Below are positions 46,681 through 56,600 of a stretch of DNA of 62,026 nt, piece by piece. Both the position numbers and the translations under genes were made by a program. The notes under the pieces are model-generated. The model was not told the DNA's origin. It did not search any database and saw only the letters and a program-made list of their open reading frames with translations. The DNA is from a virus, in UHGV virus genome UHGV-1382945. The stretch is one strand, 5' to 3'. Numbering within the stretch: position 1 is the stretch's first letter; each line of letters starts with the position of its first letter.

Positions 46681-47813
46681 TAGCATACAGTACTGCTCTT
46701 CTCTATGCACTGACTGCTAACGGCAAGACAATGACGTGGCAAGCTCATGTGTATGAGAATGAGAATGGTACAGCTAGCATACTTATCCAGTCTGGTTACG
46801 AAGGCGGTACTCTTAAGGAGACTACTCGTACCTATGACTGTGGTAAGAATGCTGGCAAGAAGAATGCTACGACTGCGCTACAACAAGCTGTAAATGAAAC
46901 TAAGTCTAGGTTCAAGAAGCAGCTTGATAAGGGATACAGGGAGAGCAAGGCTGAGTTGTCCGCTCTCCCTATTCGTCCTATGCTAGCTCAGTCTTATACA
47001 GAACAGCAAAACAAAGTCAACGACAGCACGATCTATATCTGTCAGCCCAAGCTCAACGGTGTACGCTGCACGTGCCAAAGGCATGGTGACAAGCTGACCT
47101 TCCTGTCGAGGACAGGTAAGTCATACGATGTCTTGCAGCGCCATAAAAAACTCTGCAAAGAGCTGCTTGAAGTTATACCTGATGGGTGTGTATGGGACGG
47201 TGAGATATACTGCCACGGTATGCCCCTGCAAGATATAGTGTCTGCTGTTAAAGCATACAGTCCTGCTACAAACAAGTTGCAGTACTGGGTGTACGACACC
47301 ATCAGTGAAGAGCTCCAGTTTGAACGCATTGCACGTTACCGTGCTTTGCTTGCAGACAAAGATCTTAAAAAAGTTGTGGCTTGCCCTATTGACTATATCA
47401 AAGGAATAGTTAATATAAAGAAGAAGCAGAAAGAATATCTTGCAGAAGGATACGAAGGACTGATGCTGCGTAACTACAGTGCTAAGTATCGGCAAGGTAT
47501 TAGATCTTATGATCTTCTGAAGTATAAACAGTACAAAGATATTAACGCTAAGATATCAGGCTTTGTGTCTGATGTGAACGGTGCTATTATCTTTATGTTT
47601 AGACTAAATAACGAGCCTTTCTATGCCGTGCCTTCGTTTCCTTTAAAGACTCGGCAGGCCATGTATAAAGAGGGAAGCGACAAACCTTTTAATTTTATAG
47701 GCAAGGTCGCTAACATCAGATGTGTAGAGTTCTCTAAGAAAGGTCTTCCCATCGGCAATCCAATTGTTACACAGATAAGATTGGATGAAGATGTTGAGCA
47801 AAAGGTAGCATAA
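46662..47813 (+). CDS. ATP-dependent DNA ligase, 383 aa
   Basis: motif I KLNGVR, motif IV EGLMLR, motif V LLKYK. Confidence 0.8.
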   Translation: MQDNSVIAYSTALLYALTANGKTMTWQAHVYENENGTASILIQSGYEGGTLKETTRTYDCGKNAGKKNATTALQQAVNETKSRFKKQLDKGYRESKAELSALPIRPMLAQSYTEQQNKVNDSTIYICQPKLNGVRCTCQRHGDKLTFLSRTGKSYDVLQRHKKLCKELLEVIPDGCVWDGEIYCHGMPLQDIVSAVKAYSPATNKLQYWVYDTISEELQFERIARYRALLADKDLKKVVACPIDYIKGIVNIKKKQKEYLAEGYEGLMLRNYSAKYRQGIRSYDLLKYKQYKDINAKISGFVSDVNGAIIFMFRLNNEPFYAVPSFPLKTRQAMYKEGSDKPFNFIGKVANIRCVEFSKKGLPIGNPIVTQIRLDEDVEQKVA

Positions 47814-48124
47814 TGGACTTCTTCGATATGATCGACAAGGCACTCAAGCATTCTGATGAGATTCCAATTCCTCTTCGTAGGAAGGATGAACCTTACTGGG
47901 GCACACTACCTAGGATGTGTCGTCAATGCACAAACAGAGAGGAATCAACACCTCCTCCATCCTTGAAGAAAACAGGCATCAAGCCTTGTCAGTTCTGCAA
48001 GGTGTTCGAGAAAGCGTGTTACATTGCGTCGGCAATGTGCCGCCGTGTTGCAGACCCTCTCAACTTTAAGGTAAAGAAAAATGAAAGACACAACATACTT
48101 CAAGGCAAAAGAATTTCAGTGTAA
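47813..48124 (+). CDS. hypothetical protein, 103 aa
   Basis: ORF; Cys pairs CRQC, CQFC. Confidence 0.45.
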   Translation: MDFFDMIDKALKHSDEIPIPLRRKDEPYWGTLPRMCRQCTNREESTPPPSLKKTGIKPCQFCKVFEKACYIASAMCRRVADPLNFKVKKNERHNILQGKRISV

Positions 48125-48440
48125 GTGTGGGTGTAACACAAATGAGATGAACCAAGAGTTTGTGGATAAGCTCACCCTTGCTCGCGAAATCGCCGGGGTT
48201 CCTTTCTCCATTACTTCTGGTTACCGTTGTCCTGCACACAACAAGGCTGTTGGTGGTGTAGCTGGTTCTGCCCATTCTACTGGGTACGCTGCTGACATCA
48301 GTGCGACTACAGGTGAACAGAAGTTCAAGATTGTTCAGGCTCTTATTACAGCAGGCTTCACTCGTATCGGCGTCGCTAAGTCTTTCATCCATGTGGACAG
48401 CGATCCCAAGAAGCCGAGCCCAACTATCTGGCTGTACTAG
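48081..48440 (+). CDS. peptidase M15 family (candidate endolysin peptidase), 119 aa
   Basis: SGYRCPAHNKAVGGVAGSAHSTGYAADI matches M15 zinc-peptidase signature (H..D...H). Confidence 0.65.
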   Translation: MKDTTYFKAKEFQCKCGCNTNEMNQEFVDKLTLAREIAGVPFSITSGYRCPAHNKAVGGVAGSAHSTGYAADISATTGEQKFKIVQALITAGFTRIGVAKSFIHVDSDPKKPSPTIWLY

Positions 48441-48448
48441 GAGTTGAT

Positions 48449-48682
48449 ATGAAGTTCCGTGCTCGTTATCGTGGTAGAGGAGCCAACGGAAAGTATGTCA
48501 CGACTCAGATGTTTATCAACGCAACAAGCGAAGGCGAAGCTCAGGAAGAAGCAAGCAAGCGTATTCCAGAAGTAGCTAAGCGTTTGGCTGAGCGTGAAGG
48601 ACAGGATGTTGGACATGTTGTCTGTTGGAAGATTGAACCTCATGAACAAAAGAAAAGAAAGGAAGATATGTATGTCGGTTAA
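48449..48682 (+). CDS. hypothetical protein, 77 aa
   Basis: ORF. Confidence 0.45.
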   Translation: MKFRARYRGRGANGKYVTTQMFINATSEGEAQEEASKRIPEVAKRLAEREGQDVGHVVCWKIEPHEQKKRKEDMYVG

Positions 48683-49112
48683 TAAGGAAGCTGTGTTGGA
48701 AGAAGTGCGTGCTCAGTTGGCTGTTGATGCATGGGTCAAGGAAATGGCTAAGGAGAATGAAGCTGACGGCGAATATGTTGCTCGTTCTAATCGTCTTCTT
48801 CTGTGGGACTGCTTTTCTGAAGAAGTAGGCAGACACGTCGAAGAGTACACTGTTCCTCAGTATGGTGACTTCCCCGACGACAACGTTGCTTCTTGGTCTG
48901 CTGATGACTGTGTCAAGCAGATTCAGAAGTATGTGAACCGTATTGACTCTAACTCTCGTGGTGAGCTTGAAGCTACACGTGACCTGCTCAAGATTGCACA
49001 CTATGCTTCTCTTGTGTGGTGCAAGCGTCTCGGCTTTGAAGAAGCTCTTGCGGAAGTAAGGAAGGAACAGGAAGCACAGCCTGAAGTTAAGGAAGAGGTG
49101 CAGAATGGGTAA
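48672..49112 (+). CDS. hypothetical protein, 146 aa
   Basis: RBS AAAGGAAG. Confidence 0.45.
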   Translation: MSVNKEAVLEEVRAQLAVDAWVKEMAKENEADGEYVARSNRLLLWDCFSEEVGRHVEEYTVPQYGDFPDDNVASWSADDCVKQIQKYVNRIDSNSRGELEATRDLLKIAHYASLVWCKRLGFEEALAEVRKEQEAQPEVKEEVQNG

Positions 49113-49473
49113 GGTATACTTCGTCTTCCAAGACAAGTCTCTGATTAGCCTGCTTGAGAACTATGCAGCAGCTGGCAAGTTCGAAGGATATGACACTGTG
49201 TTCATGCATGTGAACGACAGCGCAGACTTCAGTGAGAAAGGTACTGTCATCGCAAGAGGTGACGCTGTAGTCTTCGTTGACTTTGAACCTGATTGCGAAC
49301 GTCACCGTGTCCTTGCGGACGAGTTTGAATGCCTTCGCTGGTACTGTGATGAGGATGGACTTAAGAGGCTTAACCTTAAGCGGCTCTTTAAGACCAAGAA
49401 TCAGGAAGCCCTTGCTGTTGAAGCTGACGAAGAAGTTGCACCTTTTGCTAGAGGAGAAAGACTCAATGCCTAG
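49105..49473 (+). CDS. hypothetical protein, 122 aa
   Basis: ORF. Confidence 0.45.
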   Translation: MGKVYFVFQDKSLISLLENYAAAGKFEGYDTVFMHVNDSADFSEKGTVIARGDAVVFVDFEPDCERHRVLADEFECLRWYCDEDGLKRLNLKRLFKTKNQEALAVEADEEVAPFARGERLNA

Positions 49474-50422
49474 TACGTATGTTTTTTACCATGAAGATGC
49501 TGATGGTCACTGCGCTGCTGCTGTCTTCAAGTATTCTTGTGAACAGAGCGGTCAGAATGAAGAGCTTGACCTTCGCACCATTAACTACGGTTATGACGCG
49601 GACAAGATGTTCGGTGATCTTGAAGCTGGTGCTCGGCTTGTGTTCCTTGACTTCTGTCCTACGGAAGAAGACCTCAAGGCTCTTCACGACAAGGGTTTCC
49701 CTATCGTAGTTGTTGACCATCACAAGTCTTCTGAATGGGCTAAGGACTACGATACGACTGGCACGAACACGAAGCCTTACATCCGTGTGTATCACAGTAT
49801 CTATCAGTCTGGCTGTGAGATTACTTGGGGAACCTTTATGGGTGAAGCCAAGATGCCTCCGGCTGTGTGGATGACTGGTCGATATGATGTCTGGGATCAT
49901 AAGGCAGACGAACGCATTGTTCCTTTCGTCACTGGCATGAAGCTCATCATCACCGATCCTAATACGGAAGATGGTTATGAGTTCTGGAAGGCGTGCTTTG
50001 ATACGCTTGATGCTCTTCCTGATGATGCACCTGCCGAAGAACGCGCTAAGCGTTTGAAGTGGGATGTAGTCATGCAGCTCATCAACATGGGTAGTGTTGC
50101 TCATCTGTATCGCATTGGTCTTGCTGAGGAACGCGAAGGTGCTGTGCATGACATGGTGATTGAAGGCAAGAAGTTCCTCATGGTGAACTCGAAGCTTTCC
50201 GATAGCTATGACTTCCCCATGCAGAAGCTCGACGATAGCTACTTCGGTTTTGGTTGGTACTACTGGGACGGTAAGGAATGGCACTTCAGTATGCGGTCTG
50301 AAGGTGACAACGACCTTACTACCGTTGCTGGTATTCGTGGTCACAAGAATGCAGCTGGCTTTGCTATGTATGTTTTCCAAGACCCCAACATCTACCTGAA
50401 GGCTGCTAATGAAAGTAATTGA
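49466..50422 (+). CDS. DHH-family phosphoesterase (RecJ/NrnA-like), 318 aa
   Basis: motif I HEDADGHCAAA, motif III VVVDHH. Confidence 0.7.
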   Translation: MPSTYVFYHEDADGHCAAAVFKYSCEQSGQNEELDLRTINYGYDADKMFGDLEAGARLVFLDFCPTEEDLKALHDKGFPIVVVDHHKSSEWAKDYDTTGTNTKPYIRVYHSIYQSGCEITWGTFMGEAKMPPAVWMTGRYDVWDHKADERIVPFVTGMKLIITDPNTEDGYEFWKACFDTLDALPDDAPAEERAKRLKWDVVMQLINMGSVAHLYRIGLAEEREGAVHDMVIEGKKFLMVNSKLSDSYDFPMQKLDDSYFGFGWYYWDGKEWHFSMRSEGDNDLTTVAGIRGHKNAAGFAMYVFQDPNIYLKAANESN

Positions 50423-51167
50423 TCCTTCTGTCATAGTGTCTTTGCAATCTGCTCCACACTTCATCATGCAAACGATTGAAGAAGCTGGACGTACTTGTTA
50501 CAAATCGGAGGACAAAATCAATGCAACTTCCCACGTGGCTTTCATCGAGCGACTTGTTCGTCGAGGGCACGAAGCTATGCTCGAACACGGGTACGCTACT
50601 GCACACTTTCGGATTGACCGTGGTATCTCTCATGAACTGGTTCGTCACCGCCTTGCGAGTTTCGCTCAAGAAAGTACTCGATATTGCAACTACAAGGATA
50701 AGGACATTGAGTTTATAAGACCTTCTTGGTTTACCAACGAAGAAGCAGACAAAGCTCTTGAGAACTACAGCTACTACTTGGCTAATCCTAGTCAGAATGT
50801 CAAGAAGTACGCTATCATCAAATGGTACGATGCATGTCAAGATGCTAGTGTTGTTTACAAAGAGCTTATAAACCACTGCGGACGTAGTCCACAGGAGGCT
50901 AGGTCTGTTCTTCCTAACGCTCTTGCCACTGACATTGTAGTAACTGCTAACCTTCGTGAGTGGAGAACGATCTTCAAATTTAGGTGTGCAAAGGATGCTC
51001 ACCCAGACATGCGGTACATTATGCTACGGCTGCTGAGTGATATGCATAAACTCTTTCCACCTGTGTTTGAAGACATCTATCAACTTTACAAGGAGGAAGT
51101 AGATGAGCTTGCTAGAGACCTTGTGTATGTTCTTCCGCACACAGCAGAGTCCTCAAAAGAGGCCTAG
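50409..51167 (+). CDS. thyX: FAD-dependent thymidylate synthase ThyX, 252 aa
   Basis: ThyX signature RHRLASFAQESTRY. Confidence 0.85.
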   Translation: MKVIDPSVIVSLQSAPHFIMQTIEEAGRTCYKSEDKINATSHVAFIERLVRRGHEAMLEHGYATAHFRIDRGISHELVRHRLASFAQESTRYCNYKDKDIEFIRPSWFTNEEADKALENYSYYLANPSQNVKKYAIIKWYDACQDASVVYKELINHCGRSPQEARSVLPNALATDIVVTANLREWRTIFKFRCAKDAHPDMRYIMLRLLSDMHKLFPPVFEDIYQLYKEEVDELARDLVYVLPHTAESSKEA

Positions 51168-51298
51168 TACTTGTCATTGGTATGAAGACCAGCAGTATAA
51201 AGACCAATGTACTGACTGGATGTACCCAGACAAATGTACCTGTGATACGTGTGACAATTACCAACCCTCAATCTTTCTTGAAGAAAAGGTAAAGAAAC

Positions 51299-51439
51299 AT
51301 GACTAAGTTTGAAATCAAGGCTACTTGTAATGGCAAGGACTACAACATTGACTTTGAAGTTCCGAAGGATGTTACGCAGGAAGACTGGGACCAGTTCTCT
51401 AGGTTGCTGAAGATGGCCTGTCAGCAAATGGGTAAGTAG
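51299..51439 (+). CDS. hypothetical small protein, 46 aa
   Basis: small ORF below cutoff. Confidence 0.3.
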   Translation: MTKFEIKATCNGKDYNIDFEVPKDVTQEDWDQFSRLLKMACQQMGK

Positions 51440-51589
51440 CCCTTGACAAATCTCTAACAAGTCTTATTCTTATTGTAAGACACATCATGTTGCCTTAAAC
51501 GTAGTTGTTAGCTACGTCAGAGACAGGTGGACTTTATCTCCTTGGCTACCTGTCTCTGTCCTAACGCTTAACTAACTAGAAGGTTGAAC

Positions 51590-52309
51590 ATGATGGAACA
51601 GGGCTCTCTTGCGGATCTCCTTACTCTTGCTAAGTCTGGTGACGACAACAAGCTCGCTGAAATGATGGCTATGAACGGCGGTGCTATGGGTGGTCAGCAG
51701 TGGATGTGGTGGATCCTGATTATCTTGTTTGCTTTCGGAGGGTTCGGGAACGGTATGTTTGGTAATCGTGGTGGGGCTGCTATGCCCAATAGTGCTGCGA
51801 CTTCTGATACGTTCCAGATTATGGATCGTCTGAACTCGCTTGGTAACGGGATGTGTGATACTACATTCTCTCTGAACAATAGTATTCGTGACGCCCGTGA
51901 CGCTGCCTCGAAGTGTTGCTGCGAAACCAATCTGAACATCGAACGTTCTACGAATGCTGCTCAGCGTGCCACTGACGCGCTGTCTCACCAGCTTTCCGAT
52001 TGCTGCTGCCAGACGCAGCTCCGTATGCAGGATCTTGCTACTGGTATTCGGGAACAGGCTACGGCAAATCAGTTCCAGAACCAGCAGGAATTCTGCGACA
52101 TCAAGACCCGCATGGCCGCCAACCATTGTGAAACGCTTGCTGCCATTCAGGCTAATCAGGCGGCGATCATTGGTTACATGACTCAGGAAAAAATTAGTGG
52201 GCTGGAACGTGAGAACGCTGCACTTACGATGCAGCTGTCTCAGAATGCCCAGACTCGTGCTATCATTGATGCACTGTCTAAGACTACGACTACCACGCCT
52301 GCTGCCTAG
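51590..52309 (+). CDS. type II membrane protein with N-terminal TM helix and periplasmic coiled-coil containing two CCC triplets, 239 aa
   Basis: TM WMWWILIILFAFGGFG; KCCCE and DCCCQ; C-terminal heptad-like Q/A-rich region. Confidence 0.55.
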   Translation: MMEQGSLADLLTLAKSGDDNKLAEMMAMNGGAMGGQQWMWWILIILFAFGGFGNGMFGNRGGAAMPNSAATSDTFQIMDRLNSLGNGMCDTTFSLNNSIRDARDAASKCCCETNLNIERSTNAAQRATDALSHQLSDCCCQTQLRMQDLATGIREQATANQFQNQQEFCDIKTRMAANHCETLAAIQANQAAIIGYMTQEKISGLERENAALTMQLSQNAQTRAIIDALSKTTTTTPAA

Positions 52310-52372
52310 TAGTTAAAGCATAGCTAATAGTTTGGGGGAACCGTAGTTCCCCCTTCTTATAAGGACTAAAAC

Positions 52373-52603
52373 ATGGTTGGTGTTCCTTCTATCGAAGAAC
52401 GTATTAAGCAAGCTCAGCGTAATGCTGACGTGTACAAGCGTGAACTTGACAAGGCGCTTCGTAATATCGACCGCTATCAAAGCTGCTTGAACAAAGAAAT
52501 GTCTCGAGTAGGGGAGCTTACCCTGCTGAAAGACGTGCGGGATGGCAAGCTTCTCGTACTCGATCTTGAGAGTATGGAACCTGCCCGCATCGCATTCCTC
52601 TAA
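52373..52603 (+). CDS. hypothetical coiled-coil protein, 76 aa
   Basis: ORF with RBS-like leader. Confidence 0.4.
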   Translation: MVGVPSIEERIKQAQRNADVYKRELDKALRNIDRYQSCLNKEMSRVGELTLLKDVRDGKLLVLDLESMEPARIAFL

Positions 52604-52807
52604 GGGGAGGTACGTATGGCCTGTGGTGGTAAGAAAAAGAAGAAAAAAAGGACGCTAGGTCTTGACAACGGAACTATGTTCCTTCAAGTTTTTCTTTCAG
52701 AAAACACTTGACAACTTCTCGTTAATGATTATCTTATAATCAAGAGCGACAGTTGCGTGGACTGGCTGTACTCTGGGAGTGACCCACTGGTTGCATACAC
52801 ACGCAGA

Positions 52808-52850
52808 AACCCCTTGCAGGAAAGATCAAGAACTGCAGGGGGTTTTCTAT
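52808..52850 (+). terminator. stem-loop terminator (12-bp stem, 13-nt loop, U-run)
   Basis: AACCCCTTGCAG...CTGCAGGGGGTTTT. Confidence 0.45.
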
Positions 52851-52863
52851 TAGAGGAGTTACG

Positions 52864-53172
52864 ATGTCGAAACTTACTGCTCTTGCAGAATACGTTCATA
52901 CGTGGGCACCTATAGCCACACAGCTATTAGCTTCTGACAATGACGCTGTTAAAATGTACGGTGTTAAGATTCAGCAAGAAGTGGACGTTAAGAAACGTCA
53001 GCTTGAAGCAGAACTTGGAGAAGCTAAAGCTATTCTAGGTATGACTCTATCAACACAAACTATTCAACCTGCACAACAGAAAGAAGTCAGTAACCCTGAA
53101 CTAGTAGAGCATTCGACTATTCATGGTTGTACAGAAACACAAGTTAAAACAGAATGCATTATCGAACCGTAG
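52864..53172 (+). CDS. hypothetical protein, last plus-strand gene, 102 aa
   Basis: RBS AGAGGAG. Confidence 0.45.
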   Translation: MSKLTALAEYVHTWAPIATQLLASDNDAVKMYGVKIQQEVDVKKRQLEAELGEAKAILGMTLSTQTIQPAQQKEVSNPELVEHSTIHGCTETQVKTECIIEP

Positions 53173-53180
53173 ATACAAAG

Positions 53181-53222
53181 AAACCCCCTTTGGGCCTTCG
53201 GGCTCTTAGGGGGTTTTCTTTT
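53181..53222. terminator. bidirectional rho-independent terminator between convergent arms
   Basis: AAACCCCCTTTGGGCCTTCGGGCTCTTAGGGGGTTTT flanked by T-runs on both strands. Confidence 0.75.
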
Positions 53223-53224
53223 GC

Positions 53225-53692
53225 CTAATTTTTATCTTCAGGCATATCAGCAAGTAGCTGTTTTATTTCTTGTACGCGTGAAACATTGACACCATTCTTG
53301 AGGGACATGATCTCAGCAAACTTCTTGAAACCAAAGGCAGACGACACACAGATACCAAATGCTATCTGATACCAATCAGGCATAGTAGCAAAGGTTTCAA
53401 ACCCTTGTGTCACCCAGTCTGCTGTCCACGGACACCAAGCAAGAATAAGTGGCATAGAGATAACTACTGTCCAGAACTCATCCTTCCATCCAGAGTTGTC
53501 GAGGGAGTCTTTCTCCCACGCAATATCTCCCACCACTCCAGACTTGTAGAGGTCAATCTTAGCAGCAGCCTTAGCTTTAGCTACTTCGATCTTACTCTGC
53601 AACTCTACCTCTTTAAGCTTTTGCTTACTCGTGAACCATCCCACAACACCGGAAACAAGTGCTTCAACAGGTTTGGCAATTAAGCTTAGCAT
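53225..53692 (-). CDS. small membrane protein with two TM helices, 155 aa (holin-like candidate)
   Basis: TM FWTVVISMPLILAWCPW and WYQIAFGICVSSAFGF; last gene of late operon. Confidence 0.45.
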   Translation of the reverse strand: MLSLIAKPVEALVSGVVGWFTSKQKLKEVELQSKIEVAKAKAAAKIDLYKSGVVGDIAWEKDSLDNSGWKDEFWTVVISMPLILAWCPWTADWVTQGFETFATMPDWYQIAFGICVSSAFGFKKFAEIMSLKNGVNVSRVQEIKQLLADMPEDKN

Positions 53693-53694
53693 AG

Positions 53695-56600
53695 TTAATC
53701 CCTATAGTCAAGACCTGACTGCTTAGCTACACGAGTAAGTTCCTTCATCAAGAATTCCTTGCGCTTCTGCAGCCGTTCCTTTTCTTCGTAGTACTTAGCA
53801 CCCGAAGACCTGTTGTTCTTTTCATTTAACTTCTCAAGCTTACGCACACTGTTCAAGCGAGCGTTGATAGAATCATACCTACCCTTGAGCTGCTGAATAG
53901 TTCTGTTCTTATTCATGATTGCAGTACGTTCGTCAGGAGAAAGAGTATCGTCCTTCCTCGCAAGATCAAGTTCGTTCAAGCCAATCTGAATCTTATTACG
54001 AACCTTACTGTACTCATTGAGCGTATCACCGTAGCCTACCTTACCAAAGAAAGAACTGGCGAGGGGTACGTTCTTCAGCTCAACAGGAGCACCAGTAACA
54101 GGAGAAACCATTATGTTAAGAGCTTGTGTAATAACTCTGCCAAGACCACCCATGTACGATTCAGTAAGATGCTGAATGGTTTCAGGAGACACGTCAATCC
54201 AACCCTTCTCAACCTTAGACCCGAACGTCCAAGAGTTCAGTGTCTCTGCCACAACACGACACCACATAGGATTAGTACCCCAGTACTTCTGACTGTTAGG
54301 TACTTCACCCTTAAAGCTGTGCGTGCTGTCAGGCATAAGGGCATAGCCAAAGCTGTTCTGATTGGCTACTACTTCACTGATAGGACGTAAGATAGTAGGC
54401 ATGAAGTTCAACAAGGAAGCTCCACCAACAGGGTTGAAATTATCAAAGGAAGCACCAAAGATTTTAGCAGCAGCAGAGGAAGGTTTGGTGCGTCCGCTGA
54501 TTACACCTTCTATTGCATTAGAAGCTACCCAGAAGATATTGTAACCATAAGGCAAGGGGATCTTTACATAGCCGCCATCACCAAAGGGTGCAGGTATGAT
54601 AAGGTTACTGTCCTTGATGTAGTCAGGAATCTTATCGTACTTACTCACACCGTCATCGTCATCACCCATAAGCCATCTGCACAACAAAGCATGAGGAATA
54701 CCACAAGCTATTGAGTAAGCCATGTAAGCAGCAGTTCTTTTTGCGTTGTTGGCAAAGCTATCTCCACGCCTCCAGAGGTTACGCAGAATACGGACGTTAC
54801 CACCGATGTTAGCAGAGGAGAATGCCCACAGACTGTTAAAGAACGGAGCCCATGAACCCTTACGAGTAAAGTTAACCGTGATCTCCAGAGCTTCGTTAGC
54901 TGCACGTTGATGTGCAGTTTCCATCATCTCTTGCATCTGTTGAGCAGACCAACCATTACGCTTAGCTTCCTGAGCAATATGGTTGTCAAACTCCTGTGTC
55001 AGAGCAACAAACACAGAGAACCGGGTAGCGTTTTCAGACACGTCAGAAATAGTGTCCAGATACTTGAGAGCCTTATCAAGAGTCTCCTTAAACTTACCCT
55101 TCTGCTTTGACAGTTCACGTACATCCTTGTACATAGTCTTGTAGTCATTAGCAAGGAACATACGAGTATGCCCGCCAGACTCAGTAAACTTCTTGTACAT
55201 CTCCTTGAGGTACGCTGCATCCTTACCGCCATATTCCTTACCGTTCAGTTCTGCCCAGAGGAACTTGACCATGCGCATAGACATAGCATCCTTAATGATA
55301 CGCTGACGAATGTTGTTCTCTTTACCAAGCAGGTTATTGGCCTGTGCTTCAGAGATCACATTACCTACGTTAAGGATAGCAGTCTGAATATCACGAGGAT
55401 AGTTCTTGATAGCAAATACAGGGTTGAACGTAGTGTACAAAGCAGCAAACTTCTGAGTTATCTTACGAATGTTGTTAATGATTGCGCCTGTTTCAAGGTT
55501 GTTCTCGTTACGCAAAGCAGCAGCAAGTGCTACGTCCTTGATAGCAATACGAACACGGTTACCCTTCTCATCAATTACGTTGATGAACTTGTAGTCTTTA
55601 CCTTCAAGACTATGTGACTTCCTCACATAGGCAAGAGTACCGTCTCCCTTCTCAGACATACGGAAGTATGGCTGTCCCTTCTCATTCTTATCCGTAGCGA
55701 TTTCCCACAGCTCTTCGTTAGGAGCTTCTCGAACGAGGTTGAGCAGACGACGAGACACATCGTTCTTCTCACCGATGTTGATAGTATCCATGATCTGTAA
55801 CATCAGGTGTGTAGAAGGACTTTCTGCAAGACCTTCCCGCCCCTTCGCCTTCTTCAACAACTCCCGACCACCCATAGAAATACCAGCCTTAGATCTCTTA
55901 TGCGCATAGTCAGGGTCAAGGTCGTCAACGAATTCTTCCCAGTTCTTCAACGGGACATAGTGCTTATAGGTAGCACGCAGCTTGTCAGTAAGAGTCTTAG
56001 GTACAATGTGATACTTATCCAGCAAGTCCAGATGGTATCTACCAAGCTGGTCAAACTGTGCAGCTATCTCGTTCATACCCGGCACATCAGAGTACTTATC
56101 AATAATAGCCTGCGCCTGCTGGTCAGTAAGACCAGAAGGAGACTCTAGCTTATTCTTACCACGATACCGCCTGTTGACTTCAGCGTTACGTTCCAGCGCA
56201 TGTCGAGCCAGAAGGAACTCATCAAGAGCAGACCAAATAGCATTCACTCTGTCCTGTTCAGTAACCTTACGACCAGCCTTGCGCAGAGCATCAAGAGCTT
56301 CCTTCACAGCAGGAATGTCAAGCTTACCAATCTTTTCACAAAGAGGGGCAAACTTCTGGTTCATGATATCAGTACGCTGTTCGTTAATCCTGTTCACCAT
56401 ACCGGTCAAGTGACGGTAGATGTTCGTAGCAGGAGTGATGATATTCTTACCGATCGTTTCCTTGATGTACCTCTGCACAACCTGAACACGACGATACTTG
56501 TCGTACATACCATCTGCAAGTCTTTCAAAGCCAGTGTGTGAAACAAGCTTACCATCCAAGCCTACGGACTTGCCGATGTTTCTTATACGAGCAATAAGAC

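Noticed and set aside
48081-48682. A canonical holin-endolysin-spanin cassette around the M15 peptidase
   Set aside because: The genes flanking the peptidase (47813-48124 and 48449-48682) encode hydrophilic proteins with no TM helices. The membrane-protein candidates lie elsewhere (51590-52309, 53225-53692).
52616-52711. Tiny poly-lysine ORF MACGGKKKKKKRT...
   Set aside because: It arises from an A-rich tract, has no RBS, overlaps promoter-like motifs, and is probably spacer DNA.
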